NCBI GenBank assembly: GCA_963751455.1
Contig: CAVVUN010000002.1
Span: 512,001-576,000, forward strand
Source: Nitrospirota bacterium
Lineage (GTDB): Bacteria; Nitrospirota; UBA9217
Direction: 5' to 3'
Length of the DNA stretch: 64,000 bases
The notes under the pieces are model-generated. The model was not told the origin of the DNA and did no database searches. It was given only the letters and a program-made list of their open reading frames with translations. How positions within the stretch are numbered: position 1 is the first letter of the stretch; every line of letters begins with the position of its first letter. Below, one piece after another: positions 1 through 9,895 of this stretch. The position numbers and the translations under genes are program-made.

Positions 1-979
1 CCTGGAGTTCGGGGATAAGGTCAGACGGCTTGGAAACGTGGAATGCTCCTGCGGCTATGAACAGAATATGGTCTGTCCTGACAGGCCCGTACTTCGTAGT
101 GACGGTCGAACCTTCCACGATCGGCAGGAGGTCCCGCTGTACGCCTTCCCGGGATACGTCAGGGCCGTGCGCCTCCCGGCCGGCGATCTTGTCGATCTCG
201 TCGAGAAATACGATGCCCGATTGCTCGACCCGCTGCAGTGCCTCCTTAATCACCTTATCCATGTCAATCAGCTTTGCTGCTTCTTCCTGGACCAGGAGCC
301 GCAGCGCATCGGGGACTTTGACCTTGCGGCGCTTCGTCTTTTCCGGAAGAAGGCCCCCCAGCATTTCCTTGAGGTTCATCTCGATCTCTTCCATCCCCAC
401 GTTCGATATGATGCCGAACGGCATGACCTTTTCTTTCTGCTCGATCTCAACCATCCGCTCGTCCAGTTTTCCGTCCTTTAACTGATGCCGGAGCTTCTCA
501 CGGGTGTGCTTGTTCTGTTCCTGCTGTTCGAGCGTTGGCTCGGCCCCCGGCAATGGCCTGGCTGGCGGCAGCAGAAGATCGAGCAGGCGGTCTTCTGCCA
601 GGGCGGCGGCCTTCTCCTGCACCTGCTCCGACATCTCGTTCTTTACCATGTTGATGCTTATCTCGGTGAGGTCGCGGATGATGGAATCGACATCGCGGCC
701 GACATAGCCGACCTCAGTGAACTTCGACGCCTCTATTTTTAAAAAGGGAGCGAGGACCAGCTTCGCCAGCCTTCGGGCGATCTCGGTTTTCCCAACGCCC
801 GTCGGTCCTATCATGATGATGTTTTTCGGCAGGACCTCGTCGCGAAGTTCCTCCGAGAGGCGCTGACGTCTCCACCGGTTCCTCAGCGCAATGGCGACCG
901 CCCGCTTGGCCTTATGCTGGCCGATGATATACTTGTCGAGCTGTTCTACGATCTGTCGTGGCGTGAACGTGTCTTTCAA
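1..979 (-). CDS. hslU: ATP-dependent protease ATPase subunit HslU (runs off the left edge)
   Basis: Not in the ORF track. Minus strand from TTG at 979 (GGAGA RBS) reads [38 protein letters not shown]...[22 protein letters not shown]; directly downstream of hslV. Confidence 0.96.
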   Translation of the reverse strand, partial: MKDTFTPRQIVEQLDKYIIGQHKAKRAVAIALRNRWRRQRLSEELRDEVLPKNIIMIGPTGVGKTEIARRLAKLVLAPFLKIEASKFTEVGYVGRDVDSIIRDLTEISINMVKNEMSEQVQEKAAALAEDRLLDLLLPPARPLPGAEPTLEQQEQNKHTREKLRHQLKDGKLDERMVEIEQKEKVMPFGIISNVGMEEIEMNLKEMLGGLLPEKTKRRKVKVPDALRLLVQEEAAKLIDMDKVIKEALQRVEQSGIVFLDEIDKIAGREAHGPDVSREGVQRDLLPIVEGSTVTTKYGPVRTDHILFIAAGAFHVSKPSDLIPELQ

Positions 980-1100
980 AATGCGTCTCCCAGTATAAAA
1001 AGATTGCGGAAATGATGCCTGTTCCAGTGGGTAAAGCGTCTTCGGTCATTAACCGAAATACGAACAACGATACGGGCGTCGTAGCCGCCGGACTTTTCCA

Positions 1101-1643
1101 TTATAACTCTTCTACCGTTATCTCCTTGTTGGTGTAGATGCAGATCTCGCCGGCAATTTTCATCGCCTCTGAAACAATGGTGCCGGCATCAAGCGTTGAA
1201 TGTGTAATGAGTGCGCGCGCGGCCGCGAGGGCATAAGGTCCTCCGGAACCGATCGCCGCCACGCCATACTCCGGCTCGATAACGTCTCCATTGCCCGAAA
1301 GAATGAAGGAACGCTCGGCATCAGCCACGATCATGAGTGCCTCGAGCCTTCGCAGTATCCTGTCGGTCCTCCAATCCTTTGCCAGCTCGACCGCCGCCCG
1401 TGTTAAATTGCCGCGATACTGCTCCAGCTTTGCCTCGAATTTTTCGAATAAGGTAAATGCGTCTGCGGTGGCGCCTGCAAAGCCGGCAAGAATTTGATTG
1501 TTATACATCTTGCGGACCTTTCGCGCGTTCTGTTTCATGACCGTGGCTCCGACCGTTACTTGTCCGTCGCCGCCAATCGCGGTTTTACCGTTCCTGCGTA
1601 CGGCCAGAATCGTGGTGGCATGAAAAGCTGCGATTTCAGTCAT
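1101..1643 (-). CDS. hslV: ATP-dependent protease subunit HslV
   Basis: ATTILAV N-terminal Thr protease motif, [20 protein letters not shown]. Confidence 0.97.
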   Translation of the reverse strand: MTEIAAFHATTILAVRRNGKTAIGGDGQVTVGATVMKQNARKVRKMYNNQILAGFAGATADAFTLFEKFEAKLEQYRGNLTRAAVELAKDWRTDRILRRLEALMIVADAERSFILSGNGDVIEPEYGVAAIGSGGPYALAAARALITHSTLDAGTIVSEAMKIAGEICIYTNKEITVEEL

Positions 1644-1754
1644 GGGTTCCTCCCGTTCAGATCAAAGGCGGATGGACGGGGACGCAGGACCAAAATTACA
1701 TCGTCCATGGTCCGAGCGGAGCGGTCGTCCAGCGTCCTTCTTTTTTTCGTATAT

Positions 1755-2648
1755 CTATTTCCCTCTTCTTGCTTTGGGATGCGCTTTATCATACGCTTCC
1801 ATGAGCGAGTCGAGGTTGAGGTGTGTATAGCGCTGGGTGGTCGAAAGGCTCGCGTGACCCAGAAGTTCCTGAATAGCGCGAAGGTCGGCTCCGGACTCGA
1901 GCATGTGAGTTGCGAAGCTATGCCTGAGTGTATGAGGGCTAGCCTTCTGAATAAAACCTAATGTTTTCCTGTAATTCGCTAAAATACGCTGAACAGTGCG
2001 TACTGTCAAGCGTTTTCCAGCGGGTCCGGTAAATACCGCCGCTGGTTCAGAACCGCTTACTGCCGGGCGGGCACGGACATACGCTGCTATTGCATCGAGA
2101 GCTTTGCGACCGATTGGAACTATGCGCTCCTTGCGTCCCTTTCCCTTTACCCGGATGACGCGGTCATGGCGCTCGATGTCTTCGTGGTTTATTCCAATCA
2201 ACTCGCTCGCCCGGATGCCCGTGGAGTAAAGCGTTTCCAGGACAGCTTTGTCTCTCAGGAATGTATACTCCGTGCCGATTCCGCGGCGAGGCGCCTCCAT
2301 CAGCCGCTGCGCATCGTCCGCGGTCAGCACCGAAGGCAGTCGTCTTCCTCTTCGCGGCGTGGCAATCAAGCGTGCCGGGTTTGTCGTAGCATGACCTTGC
2401 CGGTTCAGGTATTTATAAAAAGCCCTCAGAGAGGAAAGCTTGCGTGCAATCGAAGTTTTCGATATGCCCCCTTTGAGAAGGTGAGCGACGAATTCACGGA
2501 GCATCCGGTGATCCACCGCGCCGAGCTGGCGTTCACCGAGAAATTCCGCGAACTGGTCCAGGTCTGACGAATAACTCCGTTCGGTGTGAGGTGATACATT
2601 TTTCTCATTTTTCAGATAATGCAGAAAATTGAATATATGCGTACGCAT
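1755..2648 (-). CDS. xerC: Tyrosine recombinase XerC
   Basis: LYSTGIRASEL, KGKGRKER, HTLRHSFATH, LLGH, TTQRYTH; topA-xerC-hslVU synteny. Confidence 0.92.
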   Translation of the reverse strand: MRTHIFNFLHYLKNEKNVSPHTERSYSSDLDQFAEFLGERQLGAVDHRMLREFVAHLLKGGISKTSIARKLSSLRAFYKYLNRQGHATTNPARLIATPRRGRRLPSVLTADDAQRLMEAPRRGIGTEYTFLRDKAVLETLYSTGIRASELIGINHEDIERHDRVIRVKGKGRKERIVPIGRKALDAIAAYVRARPAVSGSEPAAVFTGPAGKRLTVRTVQRILANYRKTLGFIQKASPHTLRHSFATHMLESGADLRAIQELLGHASLSTTQRYTHLNLDSLMEAYDKAHPKARRGK

Positions 2649-2857
2649 GGTTTTACTTTAGCCCATCATGCGTTTTTTTGCAAGGACTGCCGGTGTTGAG
2701 AAGGGAAGAGGGACGAGAGATGCGGTGAGAGAAAAAGGGACGAGGGATGGCAAATGTGGTGAAGGAAGAAGGAAGAGGGAAGAGAGACGAAAAGACCGCG
2801 ATTTTGGCGTCTATCGTGTCAGCGAGTGCATGGAGCGTTATCCTTCGGCCATCGGTA

Positions 2858-5155
2858 CTACTCAGTCGTGCCGGCCGTTTCCGCGGTCTGTGCTACCGTT
2901 TCGGACTTCGGCTCTTCCTTATAGCCGCACTCTTTCTTGTAACAGGCGATATAGGGCCCGGTCTTCTTTGAGTATTTTTCTACCAGGAACGAAGCGCCGC
3001 ATTGGGGGCATGCGCGGGGAACAGGCTTGTTCCACGTGGCGAATTTGCAGTCCGGATAGTTGGCGCATGAGTAAAACACCTTGCCGAAACGTGAACGGCG
3101 TTCCACGATCTTTCCGCCATCCTCGGGGCAGGCTACTCCCGTGGACATTCCCTGGGTGTGGTTGCACTCTGGATACCGCGAACAGGCGAGAAACTTGCCG
3201 AATCGGCCTCTCTTTACGACCATGGAAGAGCCGCACTTCGGGCACAGCTCGTCTGTTGTCTCTTCGGGCGCCGCTTCGACCTCTCCGTTCTCCTTCCTGA
3301 TAAACGGCTTGGTGCTCTTGCAGTCGGGGTAGCCGCTGCAGGCGAGAAACTGGCCGTTCCGGCCCCACTTGATGATCATCGGCTTGCCGCATTTTTCACA
3401 GCTTATGTCCGTGGGTGTCTGCTCGGCTTTAAAGTCCTTCATCTCGGCCTGGGCTTTTTCGAGGCTTTCGCTGAAAGGTTTGTAAAAGTCCTTGACCGCT
3501 TCGACCCAGCGTATTTGCCCCTCCTCGATCTTGTCCAGCTCTTCTTCCATCTTCGCGGTAAAGGCCACGTCCATGATGACCGGGAAGTGGTTGACGAGCA
3601 GGTCGCTCACGAGAACGCCCAGTTCCGTTGGCCGGAATTTGTTCTCTATTTTCTGAACATAATCCCGTTCCTGAATTGTCGAAATGATCGCGGCATACGT
3701 GCTCGGCCTTCCAATCCCTTTTTCTTCGAGCGTCTTGACGAGCAATGCTTCCGAGAACCGCGGCGGCGGCTGCGTAAAATGCTGCTTTGGATCGAGCTTG
3801 ATGAGAGTGAGTGCCTCGCCCTCCGTCAGGGGCGGCAGAATTCCTTCTCCCGCTTCGTCTTCGGAAGGAGCAACGTCCTCGGCTTTTTCCTCCATGTAGA
3901 CTGCCATAAAGCCTGGGAACTTTACTACCGAACCGGTGGCCCTGAATGTATATCCGCCTGCAGAGACATCAACCGAAGTCTGATCTATGATAGCGGGGTT
4001 CATCTGGCTTGCAACAAACCGGTTCCATACCAGTTTATAGAGCTTGTATTGATCCGGTTCGAGATACTGCTTGATTGCGTCAGGTTCCCGCATGACCGAG
4101 GTCGGCCGAACGGCTTCGTGGGCTTCCTGTGCGCTTTTTGCGCTGGCGTAGACCGGTGGTTTTTCCGGAAGATAATCCTTCCCGTATTTTTCGGAGATGA
4201 ACTCGCGTGCTTCGTCCTGGGCTTCCTTGCCGACACGGGTCGAGTCGGTCCTCATGTAAGTGATCAGACCGACCGTGCCTTCCTTGCCGATGTCCACGCC
4301 TTCATACAAGGACTGGGCTATGCCCATCGTCCTTTTCGCGGTAAAGCCGAGCTTCCGACCGCCTTCCTGCTGGAGCTTGCTCGTCGTAAAAGGCGGTACG
4401 GGATTGCGTCTGCGTTCCTTCCTGTCGACTTTTGATACGGTATAGGGTTTGCCCTGAAGGTCGGCCAGGATTTTCTGCACTTCCTCGTTGTTCTTGACCC
4501 GGAGCTTTTCTTCGTCCCTTTTCAGGAGCCGTGCTTCGAACTGGGGCGGTGTTCCGGCTTCCAGAAGGGCGGTCAACGACCAGAACTCTTCCGGTACGAA
4601 GGCCTTGATCTCTTCTTCCCGCTCGCAAATGAGGCGGAGCGCGACGGACTGCACGCGGCCGGCTGAAAGGCCGCGGCGCACTTTTTTCCAGAGGATAGGA
4701 CTTATCTGGTAACCGACAAGACGATCCAGCACGCGGCGGGCCTGCTGAGCGTCGACTTTGTTCACATCGACCTTGCCCGGGTGCTCGATGGCCAGCAAGA
4801 TAGCCTTCTTCGTGATTTCGTTGAACAGGACGCGGTAGACTTCCGCGTCCTTGATGCTGCCCGAAATGACCTCGGCTACATGTGCGGCAATCGCCTCACC
4901 CTCGCGGTCCGGGTCGGTCGCGAGCAGGATACGATCGGCTTTTTTTGCCGCAGATTTGAGTTCTTTGACAACGGGCGCCTTGCCCTTGATCACAATGTAT
5001 TTCGGTTCAAAGTTATTTTCAATGTCCACGCCGAGCTTGCTTTTGGGCAGATCCATGATATGCCCGACCGATGCCTTTACCGTAAAGTCCTTGCCCAGGT
5101 ACTTCGCGATGGTTTTGGCCTTTGCCGGCGATTCGACTATGACGAGTGATTTCAT
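2858..5155 (-). CDS. topA: DNA topoisomerase I with C-terminal Zn ribbons
   Basis: LVIVESPAKAKTI, ATDPDREGE, SAGRVQS, ITYMRTD, GIGRPSTYA, repeated C4 Zn-finger motifs. Confidence 0.98.
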   Translation of the reverse strand: MKSLVIVESPAKAKTIAKYLGKDFTVKASVGHIMDLPKSKLGVDIENNFEPKYIVIKGKAPVVKELKSAAKKADRILLATDPDREGEAIAAHVAEVISGSIKDAEVYRVLFNEITKKAILLAIEHPGKVDVNKVDAQQARRVLDRLVGYQISPILWKKVRRGLSAGRVQSVALRLICEREEEIKAFVPEEFWSLTALLEAGTPPQFEARLLKRDEEKLRVKNNEEVQKILADLQGKPYTVSKVDRKERRRNPVPPFTTSKLQQEGGRKLGFTAKRTMGIAQSLYEGVDIGKEGTVGLITYMRTDSTRVGKEAQDEAREFISEKYGKDYLPEKPPVYASAKSAQEAHEAVRPTSVMREPDAIKQYLEPDQYKLYKLVWNRFVASQMNPAIIDQTSVDVSAGGYTFRATGSVVKFPGFMAVYMEEKAEDVAPSEDEAGEGILPPLTEGEALTLIKLDPKQHFTQPPPRFSEALLVKTLEEKGIGRPSTYAAIISTIQERDYVQKIENKFRPTELGVLVSDLLVNHFPVIMDVAFTAKMEEELDKIEEGQIRWVEAVKDFYKPFSESLEKAQAEMKDFKAEQTPTDISCEKCGKPMIIKWGRNGQFLACSGYPDCKSTKPFIRKENGEVEAAPEETTDELCPKCGSSMVVKRGRFGKFLACSRYPECNHTQGMSTGVACPEDGGKIVERRSRFGKVFYSCANYPDCKFATWNKPVPRACPQCGASFLVEKYSKKTGPYIACYKKECGYKEEPKSETVAQTAETAGTTE

Positions 5156-5279
5156 ATAATATTGAAAATGCCCCTCGGGCGGGTATTCCTTTGTCCTTGT
5201 GAATTATTAGTTATTTGGAGCGCGCCGACCATGTCGGCGTCAATTACGGCAACATGGTTGCCGTAGTCCATATAGTCTG

Positions 5280-5753
5280 TTAATTCCAAGCCGTTTTTCG
5301 GATTCTTCGGGGAGAGGGGTTCGCCATGGGCTCGCCGTGCGGAGCGGCGAACACGGTAAACGCGATCAGCATCTTGATGCAGTCCAGGTCGATTCGGGTC
5401 CTGAAGGTGTTCATCGCTTTCTCGATAATATCTTCCCTCTGTTCCTCGGAAATGATTCCCAGAAGCGCCAGCTTCAGCACGAATCCAAAGGCATCCGATG
5501 TGAAACGCTCGCGTTCCTCGGCTGTCATCGTCCTGATCCTTACGGAGTGGAGCGCCCGCTCGGGATCGATCAGGTTATCGACCTCCCGCTGAACCAGCGT
5601 CTGCATCAATGTCAGCGCCGCGTCCGCTTCCTGCAGGCGATAGCCGCTGTTGACCAGCGCCTGCATAATCTTGCCTTCGTCGTCGAACAACTCCTGTTTG
5701 GTTCTCACCTGGTCCGCGATAATCGAGAACAGGTTCATCATCAGTTCTTCCAA
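5280..5753 (-). CDS. Smg/DUF494-like protein
   Basis: Lies between dprA and topA; RIRTMTAEERERF...LGII..EQRE.II pattern; TTG start at 5753 with GGAGA RBS. Confidence 0.75.
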   Translation of the reverse strand: MEELMMNLFSIIADQVRTKQELFDDEGKIMQALVNSGYRLQEADAALTLMQTLVQREVDNLIDPERALHSVRIRTMTAEERERFTSDAFGFVLKLALLGIISEEQREDIIEKAMNTFRTRIDLDCIKMLIAFTVFAAPHGEPMANPSPRRIRKTAWN

Positions 5754-5844
5754 AATATTCTCCGGTTTTTTATCACTAAGGCACAAAGGAAACTGCAAAA
5801 GTTAAGTTGTTTTCTTCGTAGCTTGGTGACGTGGTGGTCTTTTG

Positions 5845-6948
5845 TTAAGACTCAGCCCTCACATAATACTTTCCTGTAAGCTGCTTTGCCAGTCCTTTCA
5901 GCTCGAGCCCGATTAATATCCCGCTCACCCTGCCAGCCGAGAGTCCCGATTCATTCATGATACTGTCGATATGTCTCGGCTCATTCGTAATGCAACCGAG
6001 CACCTTTTTCTCGTCCGGCGAGAGGCCGGGGGGCGGCTGCCCGGCGGCCTGTTCCCTCTTTAGCTCAGGTTTCTGTATTCCGAGTCCGCGAAGAACGTCA
6101 GCGGCATCTTCGACCAGAACTGCTCCCCGTTTGATCAGGCTGTTTGTTCCCTTGCTGTTCGGCGACCCGATGTTGCCCGGCACTGCAAACAGTTTTCTGC
6201 CCTGCTCAATTGCGTAATCCGCGGTAATAAGCGATCCGCTGTCTTCGGCGGCTTCAATGATGACCGTCCCGACAGAAAGCCCGCTGATGATCCGGTTCCG
6301 GGCGGGGAAGTATCCGGCCTCGGGTTTCGTTCCGAATGCGTTCTCGCTTACAACGGCGCCGTTTTGAGCTATTTGCTGCAGCAGCGCCTTGTTCTCCGGA
6401 GGATAGGCCACATCGATTCCGCAGGCGAGCACTGCTATCGTTTTGCCCTTCGCTGCAAGCGCACCTTTATGCGCCTGGGTATCGATACCTCGCGCAAGCC
6501 CGCTTACGATCGTGAACCCTGCTGAAGCGAGCTCAAACGCAATCCGGTGCGTAATCGTGAGCCCATAGTGGGTCGGTTTTCGCGTACCGACGATCGCTAT
6601 TCCATCCGCCTGCCCGAGACTCCCTTTTATATAAAGGAACGCCGGATGGTCGGGCGTATTCCTGAGAGAAGCGGGATACGCCTGACTCTCGGCAGTCAAG
6701 ACCGTGACGCCGGCTTCGCGCGCTTTTTTCAGTTCCTGCTCTGCGTTCTCTCTCCAGGCGTAAGAGGTAATGCCTTCAATTGCCTTGTCGGACAAGCCGC
6801 CGACCGCGGCGAGCATTTCCGGTGAGGCAGAAAGAGCGCCTTCCGGAGATCCGAAGTGCTGTACAAGCTTCCGGAAACTGACCCTGCCGATTCCCGGAAT
6901 ACAGTTCAGTCCAATCCAGTAGAGCTCAGAAGCCGTGCTCGTATGCAT
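5845..6948 (-). CDS. dprA: DNA-processing protein DprA
   Basis: IAIVGTR, VSGLARGIDT.AH, FPARNRIISG, SGSLITA, C-terminal LELKG. Confidence 0.96.
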   Translation of the reverse strand: MHTSTASELYWIGLNCIPGIGRVSFRKLVQHFGSPEGALSASPEMLAAVGGLSDKAIEGITSYAWRENAEQELKKAREAGVTVLTAESQAYPASLRNTPDHPAFLYIKGSLGQADGIAIVGTRKPTHYGLTITHRIAFELASAGFTIVSGLARGIDTQAHKGALAAKGKTIAVLACGIDVAYPPENKALLQQIAQNGAVVSENAFGTKPEAGYFPARNRIISGLSVGTVIIEAAEDSGSLITADYAIEQGRKLFAVPGNIGSPNSKGTNSLIKRGAVLVEDAADVLRGLGIQKPELKREQAAGQPPPGLSPDEKKVLGCITNEPRHIDSIMNESGLSAGRVSGILIGLELKGLAKQLTGKYYVRAES

Positions 6949-7221
6949 GCGAATATCCGTAACGGTAGTTTTCCGCGCTTAAGCGTAGAAATTATACAGA
7001 GTCAGGGCAGATAGTCAAGGTTTTTTTTGTCAGAGGCGTGCGGGGAAAGGTTTTTACTGGTTTTTTTACCCGTGAACGCAATTTTTGTCCGGTCTTCTCA
7101 AACTTCGGTATCTAAATTTATTCTTTATCTCGAACTCAAAATCGGATATACTTTCGACCGGCATTCATTCAGCAGGGGTCACGGCCAGGGCTTTCGAAAA
7201 GAAAGGGCATCCGGCATACCT

Positions 7222-7977
7222 ATGTTTAAAAGGATCCGAAAAAGGCTGCTGCAATTCAGTAATTTCTGGTTCGGTATTCAGGAAAAGAAACGACACATCA
7301 TCCTGTTTCTTTTTCCCCTCGCTTCAGGGTTGCTGCTAACGGCGGTAATGACGTTCGCGTACAAATCAGTCGAGAAATATTTCGACTCCCGGATCTATAT
7401 CTTCTGGTTCGTCGTCTGCTCTGTCGTCATGTTCGTCTTTGTCTGGCTGTTTGCTATAATCCTGGACGAGCGGAGAAAAATAGAAGAGCAGACCTGCAGG
7501 GATTACCTGACCGGTGTCTATACCAGACGATTCACGTATGAAGAGGCGGTAAAACTGGTCGCTGAGGCCAGCCGATCGAATAAAATAATCTGTGTATGCT
7601 TTGTCGATCTTGATAACCTGAAACCAATCAACGACACCTATTCACACGCCGCCGGCGACGAGGCTCTGATCCTCGTCGGTCAGACGCTCCTCGACGTCGT
7701 CAGGGTAAACGACCTGGTGGGCCGCTATGGCGGAGATGAGTTCCTGCTTATCTGGACCACGGAAGACAAGAACACAATCAGCGAAACCTTCAAAAGAATC
7801 AAGGATTCCCTGAGTCGTATGGTTCTGAAGTGGCATGATAAGGAGATTATTATTACGGCAAGCACGGGCATTACGCAGGGTTATTGCGAGGAGAAAAGCG
7901 ACCCCGAAAAAACGCTGAAGGATCTGATCAAGCAGGCTGACAGCGTTATGAAGGGAAGTAAGAGTAATAAAAGGTAG
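7222..7977 (+). CDS. Membrane-anchored diguanylate cyclase (2 TM + GGDEF)
   Basis: Two hydrophobic segments, DLDNLKPINDTYSHAAGD, RVND I-site, RYGGDEF; start chosen at ATG 7222 (ORF is open back to 7027). Confidence 0.88.
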   Translation: MFKRIRKRLLQFSNFWFGIQEKKRHIILFLFPLASGLLLTAVMTFAYKSVEKYFDSRIYIFWFVVCSVVMFVFVWLFAIILDERRKIEEQTCRDYLTGVYTRRFTYEEAVKLVAEASRSNKIICVCFVDLDNLKPINDTYSHAAGDEALILVGQTLLDVVRVNDLVGRYGGDEFLLIWTTEDKNTISETFKRIKDSLSRMVLKWHDKEIIITASTGITQGYCEEKSDPEKTLKDLIKQADSVMKGSKSNKR

Positions 7978-8018
7978 AATAAGAGCCGCTTCGGTATTAT
8001 CCGCAAAGGCGCCTTCAG

Positions 8019-8642
8019 TCAGGGGGCTGTAACTGAAAAAGGACCGAAATGAAGTCTTTCGTTTGTTTCAAGGTCTGTTACGGCGATGCGGATTTTGAAA
8101 CCGCCCTCCTGGACAAGCTGCGGCATGCTGAAAGCGGCTTCATCGCTGACTGACCGGTCCGCGTTAGGGCGGTTCGGCTTCAGAAATACAATGCCTTGGT
8201 AGTTATCGCGGGGCGCCAGCACGGTCTCCTTCAGCATTACTTTGCCGAAATAGGCGTTCACCTTCGATGCTGTTTCCTGTGACATCCGTCCCAATACATT
8301 GTTGACCGCGGCTGCCATTATCTTCATCGGTACAGGATCGATCACTTCTTTCCCATGCATAAGCAGTACATCGGACGGCTTGATCACGTAGCGGCCCTGC
8401 CCGTGGTTGGATACGATGATGTTGATCGGCAAGACCTGCGCTTTGATAAGGTCAACCCCGAAATACTGCTTTGCACGCTGAGGGTAAGTCATCTGGTCCA
8501 CGGCAACTGCAACTCCTGCCTTGGTTTGGGAATCGGGATACATGTCCGCATCCCGCATCGGAATCGGCGTAAAACTATGGGGTGCAACGCACGCGGCCAG
8601 TACTGCACTGAATAACAGTATGCTTACAATCAACCTGCCCAT
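8019..8642 (-). CDS. Hypothetical lipoprotein
   Basis: GGAGG RBS, signal peptide ending in lipobox LAAC. Confidence 0.75.
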   Translation of the reverse strand: MGRLIVSILLFSAVLAACVAPHSFTPIPMRDADMYPDSQTKAGVAVAVDQMTYPQRAKQYFGVDLIKAQVLPINIIVSNHGQGRYVIKPSDVLLMHGKEVIDPVPMKIMAAAVNNVLGRMSQETASKVNAYFGKVMLKETVLAPRDNYQGIVFLKPNRPNADRSVSDEAAFSMPQLVQEGGFKIRIAVTDLETNERLHFGPFSVTAP

Positions 8643-8910
8643 GCCTCGCCTCCATTCTTTTTTTCTTAAGAACAAAGCATATGATATCTAATTATCATTT
8701 TTTCCGGCTTTGTCAATATAGTACTAAGTATTAGATGTTCTTCCTGGTTCTGACGCAGCCGAAAATAGTTATTCCCGTAATAAAGATGAACGACAATTTA
8801 ATCCCAAGCAACCCGCGTTACTGACTCTTGACGCTGCAAATCAACTATAGTATGCTTCAGTATTGCTAAAGAGCAGGAATGATCGAAATTTATTCAGGGA
8901 GGGTAGTGCC

Positions 8911-9354
8911 ATGAAGAAATTGAGTTTTGCAGCAGCATTCGTCGTTATCATTGCGGGCTTCGCATCAACGGCCCATGCCGATCTCGGGAGTTTTCTGAAG
9001 AGAGTGGACGCGCAAGCCCGGGCGGACATAAAGGACTTCAACGTCCAATTAAGCGCGCAGTTCGGGATCCCCGTACCGAGGGTCGATGCAATCATCAGGA
9101 GCGTACCCGCGCCTTCGGACGCCTTTATGGTCCTTCAACTCGGCCAGATGGCAAGCAAGCAGCCTGAGGCTGTGATGCAGACATACCAGCGCAATCGGGG
9201 CAGGGGCTGGGGTGAAATTGCCAAGGAGCTGGGCATCAAGCCGGGCTCTCCAGAATTCCATGCGTTGAAGAACGGAGATCTGTCGTTTACCGGGGAGCCG
9301 GCGGGCGGCGGACACGCACACGGCAAGGGCAAAGGAAGGGGACACAACAAATAA
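8911..9354 (+). CDS. Secreted hypothetical protein (GRGWGEIAKELGIKPGS motif, basic Gly/His/Lys tail)
   Basis: GGGAGG RBS, Sec signal ending AHA. Confidence 0.8.
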   Translation: MKKLSFAAAFVVIIAGFASTAHADLGSFLKRVDAQARADIKDFNVQLSAQFGIPVPRVDAIIRSVPAPSDAFMVLQLGQMASKQPEAVMQTYQRNRGRGWGEIAKELGIKPGSPEFHALKNGDLSFTGEPAGGGHAHGKGKGRGHNK

Positions 9355-9895
9355 TTGAAATAATCATATTCGCTCCCTGTTCTTTTCAGGTCGGGGGGAA
9401 GTCTAGCTCCGGAGAATTGAATTAACAGGTATACCGCAAAAGTCTTGCTTACAACACGGGGAACAGCGACACGCGGCGGGATTATCCTTCTGACGCTTCT
9501 TTTTTTCCGCACCAGCGGCAGCGCTTCCGGCCCGGACGTACTCAGGACACGGCGGCAGGATTATGGTCTTTCAATGGGGCTCGGAGGGAGCCGGCGGCTC
9601 GACGATGCACACACTCTTCAAGGCCGTTTTATACTTTTCTCGGAAAGTCCACTCTCGTATTTCGCAGGCTCGTATGGGGACGGGGGGGCAGGCCGATTTC
9701 TGGCAGGTTGAGCTGGCGTGGGTCTTCGTTCCGGCCAAAAACATGAACGTGCGGGCCGTTTATTCCGTTTCGGAATCCACTCCCAAGACGCGACCGAATG
9801 AATCGTCGCTGGAAGCCAAGCTGAACAGCCGTTCCTCGGCCTCGGCCTTTCGTTCTGATTACCGGCGCCCTGTGCGCTTTCGAACTGACTCGACG

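Noticed and set aside
2700-2792. Purine-rich GGGACGAG / GAAGGAA repeats between xerC and topA
   Set aside because: Low-complexity and degenerate; no spacers or defined ends.
3158-4435. Long alternative-frame ORFs (e.g. 425 aa opposite topA, 320 aa opposite the MCP, 303 aa opposite the topoisomerase B gene)
   Set aside because: Antisense shadows of well-supported GC-rich genes with no recognisable motifs.
7175-7221. c-di-GMP-I riboswitch upstream of the GGDEF gene (GGTCACG..CAGGGC..TTCGAAA)
   Set aside because: Lacks the GCAAACC and GACGCAAA elements and the second stem; only a short CTTTC/GAAAG hairpin is present.
9003-9012. AGTGGACGCG, a 10-nt match to the tRNA-like anticodon-arm target in a host gene
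   Set aside because: Short, outside the element and inside a CDS; plausible by chance in 64 kb.
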